From NCBI GenBank assembly GCA_965217865.1, contig CBDCJO010000002.1, positions 1,408,001 through 1,472,000 on the forward strand: a stretch of DNA of 64,000 bases, given 5' to 3'. The stretch comes from Candidatus Latescibacterota bacterium (GTDB lineage: Bacteria; Latescibacterota; UBA2968; SICM01). Made by a program: the position numbers and the translations under genes. Every line of letters begins with the position of its first letter. Position 1 is the first letter of the stretch. Positions 54,769 to 63,783 of the stretch are shown piece after piece. The notes under the pieces are model-generated. The model had not been told where the DNA came from and made no database searches. It saw only the letters and a list, made by a program, of their open reading frames with translations.

Positions 54769-56454
54769 TCATCCTGACGGCAGGTGCTGTTCAAGTAGCT
54801 TTCTGATTTCGCTATTGTCTCCCTTCTTCGCCCAGTAAAGCGGCGTTGCCCAATCCGAGTCGGCTGGGACGGAGGCATCGGCGCTTTGTTCGAGTAGAAA
54901 ACGCACCATATCCCCATTTCCCTTCCGTACTGCTCCTGCCAACGGTGTGCCGCCCCGCTCCAGTTCGATCGCATTGATGTCGGCTCCGTACTCCAGGAGG
55001 ACCTTGACGTTCTCGATGTCGCCCCTTTCGGCCTCCTTGTGCAGGAACGTCCGGCCGATCCAGTTCGGGCGATTCGGATCGAGGCCTGCATCAAGAAGCT
55101 TCCTGACGCACTCAGGATCTTCGGGAAGACATACTCCATAGAAGCCACCCGGCCTCAGTTGGTCTGGCGCTCTAGGAATGCGGCTCAGGACCAGATCGAT
55201 CAGATCGCTGTCCGCTTTCCCGAACAGGTTCAGGAATTCGTACTCGCTGGATTCGTCCAGGTCTCCTGCACGTACGGCCTCCTTCAGTTGATCCAACGAC
55301 ATCGCATACGTTGGCATCCGTGCCCCGAACTCTCTGAGCAGATCCTGCATCGGACCGCAGGCATCCGGGTGGCGGTGTTCGACGATTGTCGAGCAGGTGC
55401 CGGATGAGTCCCCCCCGGCGTTCGGGTCTGCGTCGTTCTCCAGGAGCAGGCGAGCCATTTCGATGTCGTTGCGGGCAGAAGCCTCAAAGAGGGCTAATCC
55501 ACGGGGGGCGAGTTCCTCGGGCCTGTTCGGGTCCGCCCCCTGTTCCAGAAGGAGTTTCACGATGTCGGTGTAGCCCTGTTTGGCTGCGCACGCAAGAGGG
55601 CTCCGCCTGGCGGAATCGAGACGATTGGCCTGTGATGGATCCTCTTTCAATATCTTCTGAATGGTCTCGACGTCGCCGATCGAACAGCCCACCGTGAGTG
55701 GACAGTACGCACCCCGGGCCAGCAAGTAGCCGACGACGATCCATTTGTTCTTGGTGGCTCCATGGTCGCGATCCCAGTAGTCCCCGTACACTGTGTACTG
55801 GACGGGTGTCTGGCCGTCCGCCCGGTTTGCATTGATGTCGACCCCCAGCTCCAGGAACCGGTCGATGAGCCCGTGCTGACGCGTCAACGCAGCCGTGTGC
55901 AGGCCGGTGGTCCCAAAGGCGTTGCTTCGGGTCGCAAGATGAGGAGCTTCATCAAGAACTCGCTCAACTGCTTCTGCATCTCTGGATCTCACGGCGTCGA
56001 AGACCCGATTGAACTCAGGATCGTAGTTGAACCTCTCGGACATCGCCTGTGCCAACAGCTGCTTCACGGTGTCGTACCCACGCTCTTCTGAGACCGCCAG
56101 CAGCTTGTCCCAACTGCTGTACGTGAACCGAGACTGCCCTGGATCCGCACCTCGTTCCAGCAGCAGCTGTACGACGTGGCCGTGTCCCTCACGCACGGCC
56201 ATGTGGATGGGGAACTCATAGGAATGTTGAGCATTAACGAGGGCGGGATCTCGATCCAGGAGGGCCTGGACCCGCTGCATGTCGCCGGCTGCTGCCGTGC
56301 ACATCAAGGCCCAGGCATCGTGTCCGTCCACCGGTTCGACACCGTATACGTACGAGTCCGTCTTCATGTCGCCGGGCTGTATCATACGTGATAGCTTATC
56401 TGCGAATTCGCTATCATGCGAAGAAGCATTTTCGGTCAGTTTTCGTTTGCCCAT
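54769..56454 (-). CDS. ankyrin-repeat protein
   Basis: Many ANK motifs; GAGGAG RBS before MGKRK at 56454. Confidence 0.9.
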   Translation of the reverse strand: MGKRKLTENASSHDSEFADKLSRMIQPGDMKTDSYVYGVEPVDGHDAWALMCTAAAGDMQRVQALLDRDPALVNAQHSYEFPIHMAVREGHGHVVQLLLERGADPGQSRFTYSSWDKLLAVSEERGYDTVKQLLAQAMSERFNYDPEFNRVFDAVRSRDAEAVERVLDEAPHLATRSNAFGTTGLHTAALTRQHGLIDRFLELGVDINANRADGQTPVQYTVYGDYWDRDHGATKNKWIVVGYLLARGAYCPLTVGCSIGDVETIQKILKEDPSQANRLDSARRSPLACAAKQGYTDIVKLLLEQGADPNRPEELAPRGLALFEASARNDIEMARLLLENDADPNAGGDSSGTCSTIVEHRHPDACGPMQDLLREFGARMPTYAMSLDQLKEAVRAGDLDESSEYEFLNLFGKADSDLIDLVLSRIPRAPDQLRPGGFYGVCLPEDPECVRKLLDAGLDPNRPNWIGRTFLHKEAERGDIENVKVLLEYGADINAIELERGGTPLAGAVRKGNGDMVRFLLEQSADASVPADSDWATPLYWAKKGDNSEIRKLLEQHLPSG

Positions 56455-56470
56455 GTTCAGGATCTCCTCT

Positions 56471-56604
56471 CTCAGCCGCTTACGGGCATGACTGCCTGAA
56501 TCATGGTCTGGACTATAGCCGAACTCGTAGGCCCAGTCCTGGCGCATTTTGTGCGGGTTCTTGTGGCTGGGTGCGTGGTCGGGCACGCACATGTGTTCAT
56601 AGCC
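56471..56604 (-). pseudogene. 3' fragment of a second uxuA homolog
   Basis: GYEHMCVPDHAP...WAYEFGY; aligns with 53603-53732. Confidence 0.85.
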
Positions 56605-56611
56605 AAGGCAG

Positions 56612-58447
56612 CTATCCCATCTTTGAGTGTGGTCTTACTTCTTGTTCAAAACGCTCTGAAAGGATGTCCTCTGCCTGATCGAGTTCATAGTCCATTTGAA
56701 GCCCTAGCAGCCTGTTGAAAAAGTGCGTTTATGCCAAGATGACTGTTGTCTTTCCTTGTGGTTTGGTCCTATGATATATCAGGTTCAAACTGAGAAGGGA
56801 GGACGAGCAAATGGCAATGGGAAAACGAGGACGACAGAGACAGGAAAACCTGTTCATCGCATCGAACACTTTGGTGAAATCTCCGGGTCATCCGTTCTAC
56901 GAGAAGCTGAATCAGGTATTGGGGGCGAACGGCTTCGACGAGTTCGTCGAGGGGCTTTGCCAGCGGTATTACGCTCCTCATATGGGTCGCAAGGGCATTC
57001 CGCCCGGGGTTTATTTTCGGATGCTTTTGATTGGGTATTTCGAGGGACTTGATTCGGAACGTGGGATCGAATGGCGTGTATCTGACTCGCTGACGTTGCG
57101 CCGGTTTTTGGGGTATGCCCTTGACGAACAGACCCCGGATCATTCCAGCCTGTCTCGCATCCGGCATCGGCTTCCCTTGGAAGTTCACGAAGCGGTTTTC
57201 AAGTGGATCCTGAGGGTCTTGTGCAAAGCGGGTCTGGTGAAGGGGAAGACGTTGGGCGTGGATGCTACGACACTGGAGGCCAACGCCGCGATGCGCAGCA
57301 CTGTACGCCGTGACACGGGTGAAGGCTACCAGGCATTCCTTGAGAATCTGGCCAAGGCCTCGGGCATTGAAACGCCTACCCGCGAGGACTTGTCCAAGAT
57401 CGATAAGAAGCGACCGAAGAAGGGATCGAACCAGGACTGGGAGCACCCGCACGACCCGGATGCCAAGATCGCTAAGATGAAGGACGGTCGCACGCACATG
57501 GCGCACAAGGTGGAGCACGCGGTGGATCTGGACACCAATGCCATTGTGGCAGTGGCGTTGTCGGGAGCAGATGAAGGAGATACCGAGTCGTTGCCCTGGA
57601 CGCTGCTCGAGGCGCCGCTCAATCTCAAGCAGGTCGCGAAGGACGAAAAAGCTGCCAAACGTTTGCACAGACAGCGTATACGGGAGGTGGTTGCGGACAA
57701 AGGATATCATAGCAACGATGTATTGACCAGTCTGAAGCAAGGCGGCATCCGGAGTTACATTTCAGAACCGGATCGGGGACGCCGCAAGTGGAACGGCCGA
57801 CGAGATGAGCAGGCCGCGGTATATGCGAATCGACGCCGGATCAAGGGAGATCGCGGCAAGGCCTTGCGCCGAAGTCGTGCAGAACGGGTGGAAAGAACCA
57901 TCGCTCACACATATGATACCGGTGGCATGCGCAGGTTGCACTTGAGAGACCGCGGCAATATCCTCAAGCGTTTGCTGATCCACATCGGGGGCTGCAACCT
58001 GGCTCTGCTCATGCGCAAAGTGATGGGCGTAGGTACTCCGAAGGCCCTCCAGGACCTGGCCAAGGCCTTGCAGCGTCTACTGCTCGTCCTACAATCACGT
58101 TTGCTGCCCTCGGTCACCTTTTTAACCTCTTATCAGCGTCTCCTGCTCAATCTCCTTACCTTGATTTATCCGACCCGCACTCCAGGCGTCTTTTCCGTTT
58201 ATGTGTGTTGAAAGGTAGTTCTTCAACGGGCTGCTAGCCAGAACTGAGGCGGCATGTTGAAATAGCGAGCTAAGCGCAGTGCTGTATCGGCCGTGATACC
58301 CCGTTTACCTAAAACAATTTCATTAATACGTCGAGGTGATACGCCCATATCTAAAGCCAATCTGTTCTGACTAAGCTCCATAGGCTTGAGGAAGTCTTCT
58401 ACCAAGACTTCACCTGGATGTAGAGGAGCTCGTTTCTTCTTCGACAT
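56612..58447 (-). pseudogene. higA: HigA antitoxin split by IS copy 4
   Basis: HPGEVL.EDFL...ITADTALRLARYF..PQFW rejoins LGLQMDYEL...* across the CTAG duplication. Confidence 0.9.
56708..58233 (+). mobile_element. IS1182/IS5-like IS, copy 4 (transposase 56811-58211)
   Basis: Near-identical to copy 1; CTAG duplication. Confidence 0.92.
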
Positions 58448-58458
58448 AACGACCTCTC

Positions 58459-58497
58459 CTAATGATTATCTACAATCTCGACATTGGAGGCGCCCCG
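58459..58497 (-). pseudogene. HigB toxin C-terminal remnant
   Basis: GASNVEIVDNH* immediately upstream of higA, matching the VEIVDYH end of HigB. Confidence 0.65.
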
Positions 58498-58526
58498 TCA
58501 AAGATCATAAATCGCCTCTCTATCAT

Positions 58527-59189
58527 TCATTCATCCCATTTTACGATCAAACCGAGATATTCGGAAAGCCTGGCAGCCTGGTAGGGTTCCACGACGATTC
58601 CATCGATGGATTCCGGATTGATGTGTATGCCGTCTATGGAGGAGCTCGAAAAGTCGACGCCTTTCAGGTTTGCATGCGAGAACTGTGCCTTATCGAGATT
58701 GCAATCGGCGAACAGGACCCCCGGGAGGTCGGCGCCGTGAAAGTCTCCGCCGTCGAGTTTGCACTCATCGAACCGCGCATTCTTAAACCCGGACATCCTG
58801 AACTGCGCCATTTCGCCTTTGCATCCTTTGAAGATCACGTCCCGGAATATCGCTTCGATGGCCTTAAACCCGGTAATGCGGCATTCGATAAATTCGGTTC
58901 TGTAGAATACGGCCTTGCTCAAGTCCGCATTGGCCATGTCGCAGTTCTCAAAAATGGCATCTGTGGCTTCAAGTTTATGCAACTCGCTGTTGGCCAACTT
59001 GACGTTCTTTACACGAACCGAGTCGAAGATGAGTCCCTTCGCCTTCTGGCCGGCGAAGTTGCAATTGGACAGAAGGCCATTTTCGATTCGAATTTCATCA
59101 GCGATCTTCCCTAAGGTAATTTCCGAAGGATTCGGGTCCAGGCCCGGTTTTGCGATTGTTCTTTTCGGAGGCTTGGAGGGTTGTTTCAT
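58527..59189 (-). CDS. pentapeptide-repeat protein
   Basis: Repeated A(D/N)Lxx / CxF units. Confidence 0.9.
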   Translation of the reverse strand: MKQPSKPPKRTIAKPGLDPNPSEITLGKIADEIRIENGLLSNCNFAGQKAKGLIFDSVRVKNVKLANSELHKLEATDAIFENCDMANADLSKAVFYRTEFIECRITGFKAIEAIFRDVIFKGCKGEMAQFRMSGFKNARFDECKLDGGDFHGADLPGVLFADCNLDKAQFSHANLKGVDFSSSSIDGIHINPESIDGIVVEPYQAARLSEYLGLIVKWDE

Positions 59190-59245
59190 CTGAAAATATC
59201 CCGGAGGAGAGTGATTCGGATGTGAAGGTTACCGGCCTGGTGAGG

Positions 59246-60146
59246 TCAGGGGCGTCGAAAGACGAGGAGATGATCCTTTTCATGAAAGTATTTGAACTTG
59301 GATACCCCTTCCTTTGGAAGGGGAGGAAAAGTTTAGCTTGCTGAGGGTAAGCTAAAAGGCTGTTTTGTCCGTACCGTAGTCGAAAAGGTAACTTCTAAAG
59401 TGATCAGAGGATATATTCGGTTTCATCTTCAAGAGCAGAAAGGGCCCCTACAGTTGGATCTGTTTGGGGAGGGGAGTGGTTAATGCCCCGCCCTTTGGGC
59501 GGGGTGATTTACTCATCGATTTCGAGCTTTCCAGGGGGAGATACTCTCCCACGACGTGAATCACAAAGGCTACGGTCCAAAAATATGATGGGTATTCAAA
59601 TTGCCCGGAACCGGGCACGTTGATTTTGCCGAGGTGTTGACCCGTGGACCTCTCGTGCGGATCTCCGCCTTTCAGGATGGCTTTGTCGAGCCCATCGCGC
59701 ATGGTCAGAATGAAGCGTCCGCTGGAGCGGAGTATTCTCCTCAGGGTTCTGGCGATTCCTGCGGCTTCACCGTAACCGCATTCGACAATGTTCTTGACGA
59801 ATATGGCCAGATCGAAACTGCCTTCTCGAAAAGGCATGCGCGCGTAGTCCGCCTGGATGAACAGAGATCGACGGTCCGTATCCTGAGCGATTTCCCGAGC
59901 GAATCGGATTGCCTCGAGCGAGCAGTCGATTCCCGTGGCATCGGCTCCAAGCTCTTCTGCTTTGAATGTCATTTTTCCGGATCCGCAGCCGAGGTCCAGG
60001 AGCCTGGCGCCTTTGTGGATATAGGACGCGAGGTGCTCGTCCATCCATGCCGTGTATTTCCTGGCTTCCTCCGTACGGAAGTCCATCCGCGCGTGTCGGG
60101 TGCGGGCCATGGCGTCGATCATTACGCGGGCTTTGTCGATTTCCAC
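59246..60146 (-). pseudogene. class I SAM methyltransferase interrupted near its 3' end by the 229-bp element
   Basis: LLDLGCGSG; removing 59284-59512 restores SKSM-NEKDHLLVFRRP*. Confidence 0.85.
59284..59512 (+). mobile_element. non-autonomous IS200/IS605-type element (PATE-like), copy 2
   Basis: Identical to 13313-13541; follows TTCAT; no TSD. Confidence 0.85.
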
Positions 60147-60213
60147 GGTCCCCTCCTGTGCGATTCAACACAGGTTGTTGATTGAAGCAAAGGGCATCGT
60201 CGTGTTCCGTGAG

Positions 60214-60747
60214 TTATTCTAAGAGGTTTGCGATTTTCCGGTATTTGTCCACGGCCGATCTATCCCCTTCGAATGCCAATATTCCATCGCCAATTTCGTC
60301 AGGATGGACAAGCACGAATTCATCGATATCATCCCGGGCTTCCGCCTTTGAGAGGTCATCGGCCTTTACCGTGAAATATGCAATTGTCGTGAAATACACC
60401 ACATCCAGATACAGGTATTTTCCACCGTGCGAACACAGATAAACGGGTGCGGAGACGACAAGGTTCAATTCCTCACGCAGTTCACGGATGAGCGCTTCTT
60501 CCAGGGTTTCGCCGTAGTGGACAAATCCACCCGGAAATGAAAACATGCCTTTATGGGGTTCCTTTGCACGCTTCGTGATGATAACCTTTCCCTTAACCTC
60601 GATAATGCCGACGGCGGCCGCAACGGGGCTGATGTAGTAGACGAAATTACACGAAAGGCAGACGAGAGACTGGGTGTCATTCTGTCGGAGACGGTCCTCC
60701 CCGCATCTCGGGCAGTGCTTGAATTTTACGATGTCCAGCAATTCCAC
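60214..60747 (-). CDS. NUDIX hydrolase with zinc ribbon
   Basis: CPRCG...CLSC; PGGFVHYGETLEEALIRELREE. Confidence 0.9.
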   Translation of the reverse strand: MELLDIVKFKHCPRCGEDRLRQNDTQSLVCLSCNFVYYISPVAAAVGIIEVKGKVIITKRAKEPHKGMFSFPGGFVHYGETLEEALIRELREELNLVVSAPVYLCSHGGKYLYLDVVYFTTIAYFTVKADDLSKAEARDDIDEFVLVHPDEIGDGILAFEGDRSAVDKYRKIANLLE

Positions 60748-60775
60748 GGGGTTACCTTATAAATAAGTCTCGACC

Positions 60776-61549
60776 TTACCGACTTCCACTTTTTTGGGCC
60801 ATACAGGTTATCATCGCCATGCGACTCGAATCGATCCCATCCGGGTCCACCTTCAAATCTTCTTCTATCATAGCTATTCCCTCCCGGTATTCGTCTTCAG
60901 AAATAATCCATAATTGAGAGGTGTCTCTGTTTAAGAACTTCTGCAATCTCTCGGACAGTTTTTTTTCGGATATGAGTGGCGCTATGTTCAGGGTTACGTT
61001 GAACCCCCTTTTCTTCAATTCGTCATAAAGCAGATCCGCTTTCCAGAATCGCTTCATGTCTTCTCCGTATGCCGCGGGAAAATATCGATAAACAATCCAA
61101 TCCGTCATCTTTTCAGGCTGGATGTTTACCATCTTCATGGTCCCGCCCACGGATAGGACACGGTATATTTCGTCCAATGCCCTGGGTTTATCCGTGAAAT
61201 GATGGAAGGTGAATTGTGTCGTTATGAAATTGAATGCGCCCGATTCATAGGGCAGACTTTCGGCCCGTCCCTTCATCAGGTTTACGCTTTTTACTTTATC
61301 CTTAGCGATCCGCAGCATGGCGTCGGATGGGTCCATGCCGATCCATCTTATGTTGTAGTCCTTGAAATATTCGATCTGAACTTCCAGGTAATTCGCGGTG
61401 CCGCATCCGAGATCGAGTGCCGTGAAGGTGGCCCCGGCATGGGTCCTGAGAATCCCCTCCAGATCGGTGTCCGGCTTTACGAGCTCTCTTCTAAACCTGT
61501 CGAACCGGCTTGCGATTTTTGAGTAATCCACGGATTTCAAGAGCGTCAT
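60776..61549 (-). CDS. class I SAM methyltransferase
   Basis: LDLGCGT, AESLPY, FHHF.D..AL.E..RVL. Confidence 0.9.
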   Translation of the reverse strand: MTLLKSVDYSKIASRFDRFRRELVKPDTDLEGILRTHAGATFTALDLGCGTANYLEVQIEYFKDYNIRWIGMDPSDAMLRIAKDKVKSVNLMKGRAESLPYESGAFNFITTQFTFHHFTDKPRALDEIYRVLSVGGTMKMVNIQPEKMTDWIVYRYFPAAYGEDMKRFWKADLLYDELKKRGFNVTLNIAPLISEKKLSERLQKFLNRDTSQLWIISEDEYREGIAMIEEDLKVDPDGIDSSRMAMITCMAQKSGSR

Positions 61550-61654
61550 CTTTCGAAATCGGGGGGGGGCGGATTCATTTTGACTTCGCACTTTTTGGTT
61601 TTATATTCTTCTCAAACTTCCATGTAATGTACCCAAAACCGGGGTCTCTCGACA

Positions 61655-62140
61655 GTGAATTTGGTCTTTCTACACGGATTGCCGGGGGTTGGTAAACTCA
61701 CGGTCGCTCGAGAACTTGCCCACCTGACAGGATACAGGGTTTTCCACAACCACTTGACGGTTGACCTGGTCGAGGCGATGTTCGAGTTCGGTACAACCCC
61801 CTTCGTCCAGCTCCGAGAGTCGATATGGCTTTCGGTTTTCCGACAGACTGTGAAAGCCGAGCTTCCTGGCCTTATCTTCACTTTCGTTTTCGAATCAACG
61901 GTCAGAGATTACTTCCTGAGCGATGTGCTCGATGTTATTGCGCCCGGCGGGGGAAGTGTATTGTTTGTGGAGCTCAAATGTCATCAGGAAGAGCTTGAGA
62001 GGCGCCTGGTCGATCCTTCGAGGAGGAAATTTGGCAAGCTTAGTGATGTGGAGATTTTGAGGCGATCGATCCGTGAAGGAAAATACACCACTCCTGAAAT
62101 TTTCAAACAGAACCTGGTGATCGACACGACGGCGTTAGAA
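61655..62140 (+). pseudogene. AAA/shikimate-kinase-like P-loop protein, 3' end replaced by IS sequence
   Basis: GLPGVGKLT, FHNHL; runs in frame into the transposase C-terminus after IDTTALE. Confidence 0.8.
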
Positions 62141-62564
62141 CAGGCCGCGGTATATGCGAATCGACGCCGGATCAAGGGAGATCGCGGCAAGGCCTTGCGC
62201 CGAAGTCGTGCAGAACGGGTGGAAAGAACCATCGCTCACACATATGATACCGGTGGCATGCGCAGGTTGCACTTGAGAGACCGCGGCAATATCCTCAAGC
62301 GTTTGCTGATCCACATCGGGGGCTGCAACCTGGCTCTGCTCATGCGCAAAGTGATGGGCGTAGGTACTCCGAAGGCCCTCCAGGACCTGCCCAAGGCCTT
62401 GCAGCGTCTACTGCTCGTCCTACAATCACGTTTGCTGCCCTCGGTCACCTTTTTAACCTCTTATCAGCGTCTCCTGCTCAATCTCCTTACCTTGATTTAT
62501 CTGACCCGCACTCCAGGCGTCTTTTCCGTTTATGTGCGTTGAAAGGTAGTTCTTCAACGGGCTG
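62141..62564 (+). mobile_element. IS1182/IS5-like IS, partial copy 5 (right end only)
   Basis: Matches 3128-3551 including right IR, followed by CTAG. Confidence 0.9.
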
Positions 62565-62764
62565 CTAGAGAAATCCTCTTCTATTTTTCCATCGTGATAC
62601 ACACTCGAATCGGAACCGGATACTATGGATGGCTTATGGGAAAAGGCGCGCGCAAAATCTCTATTCTGCGTGACGGCACTACCGGGGTTCAGCCGATTCA
62701 GGTTTCCGTATGGTGATCCATGGTACCAGGGGCGACAATAATCCAGTGCTCCATGTTTTTTCAC
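62565..62764 (-). pseudogene. ADP-ribosyltransferase-like (Arr-like) protein, truncated by IS
   Basis: WYHGSP...L..G...TQ....A..FSHKP. Confidence 0.45.
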
Positions 62765-62928
62765 TTTCGGTCGAGAACAGTTGCAAATCGATGTAGAGAA
62801 TCCCTGCCGGACAATTTCACCAGCAGGGATTTGAGACGGAACATCATTGCTTACCCGCGGTCATGACCCCTATGTGTAGACCCTCGCTCGAGCTTCTTCG
62901 ATCTGATCTGTGAATTCCCTATCTATTC

Positions 62929-63690
62929 TCAGCTTCCTTGACTCGCAGAGGCCTCGGTCTCCGTGATCCCCAGGAGTTCCTTGGCCTTCTCGACGCACGC
63001 GATCGCATCGTTGCCGTATGCGTCGGCCCCCATCTCTTTGGAGAGCTCCAGGTTCAACGCGGCACCGCCGGCCATTGTTTTGATCTTTTTCCGGAGTCCC
63101 ACCCGTTCAAACTCCTTGATCGTCTTCCCGATGTTCACCATCGTGGTCGTGAGGAGGGCGGACATCCCCACGATCTGCGCGTCATACTTTTTCACGGCCT
63201 CGATGAATTCTTCGGACTCCGTGTTAACCCCAAGATCGTGAACCTTGAACCCGGCGCCGGAAAGCATCATAATACAGAGATTCTTTCCGATGTCGTGTAG
63301 GTCTCCCTTGACGGTACCCATGATCACGGTGCCGATCGGATCGATGCCGGACGCTGAAAGGATGGGATCCAGATGGGCCATTCCGGCCTTCATAGCGCGC
63401 GCGGCAACGAGCACTTCGGGGACAAAGATGATATTGTCGCGGAACTTAACGCCTACCACGGACATACCGGAGATGAGTCCGTCGTCAAGGATGGTGTGCG
63501 CTTCGAATCCATTATCCAGAGCTTCCCGGGTCAACCGGTCCACCTCGTGCTGATCGCCTTGGATCAGGTTATAGGCCATGTCCTGCATGATGGAATCGAC
63601 TTTTTCGAATACGCCACGTATCCGGCTGTTCTCATCGGGCCTCGTGACCCATTTCATTTCCTTTTCGAGCCCTTCGTTGGTAATCGGCAT
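62929..63690 (-). CDS. corrinoid (cobalamin-binding) methyltransferase protein
   Basis: FVPEVLVAARAM, GTVKGDLHDIGKN, MSALLTTT, GADAY. Confidence 0.92.
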   Translation of the reverse strand: MPITNEGLEKEMKWVTRPDENSRIRGVFEKVDSIMQDMAYNLIQGDQHEVDRLTREALDNGFEAHTILDDGLISGMSVVGVKFRDNIIFVPEVLVAARAMKAGMAHLDPILSASGIDPIGTVIMGTVKGDLHDIGKNLCIMMLSGAGFKVHDLGVNTESEEFIEAVKKYDAQIVGMSALLTTTMVNIGKTIKEFERVGLRKKIKTMAGGAALNLELSKEMGADAYGNDAIACVEKAKELLGITETEASASQGS

Positions 63691-63783
63691 TCAGAAGCCT
63701 TTCCTATTTCTGGAATGAATATTTAAGATTTCGATTCTTCCCAGTTTCCGTTGGAAAGCGAGGTTCTGCGAGGCGACGCATCA

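Noticed and set aside
56455-56592. N-terminal extension of the 607-aa ankyrin ORF
   Set aside because: It derives from the frameshifted uxuA fragment; the RBS supports a start at 56454.
56619-56630. TCTTTGAGTG as a continuation of the uxuA homology
   Set aside because: It lies within the higA 3' coding sequence; coincidental.
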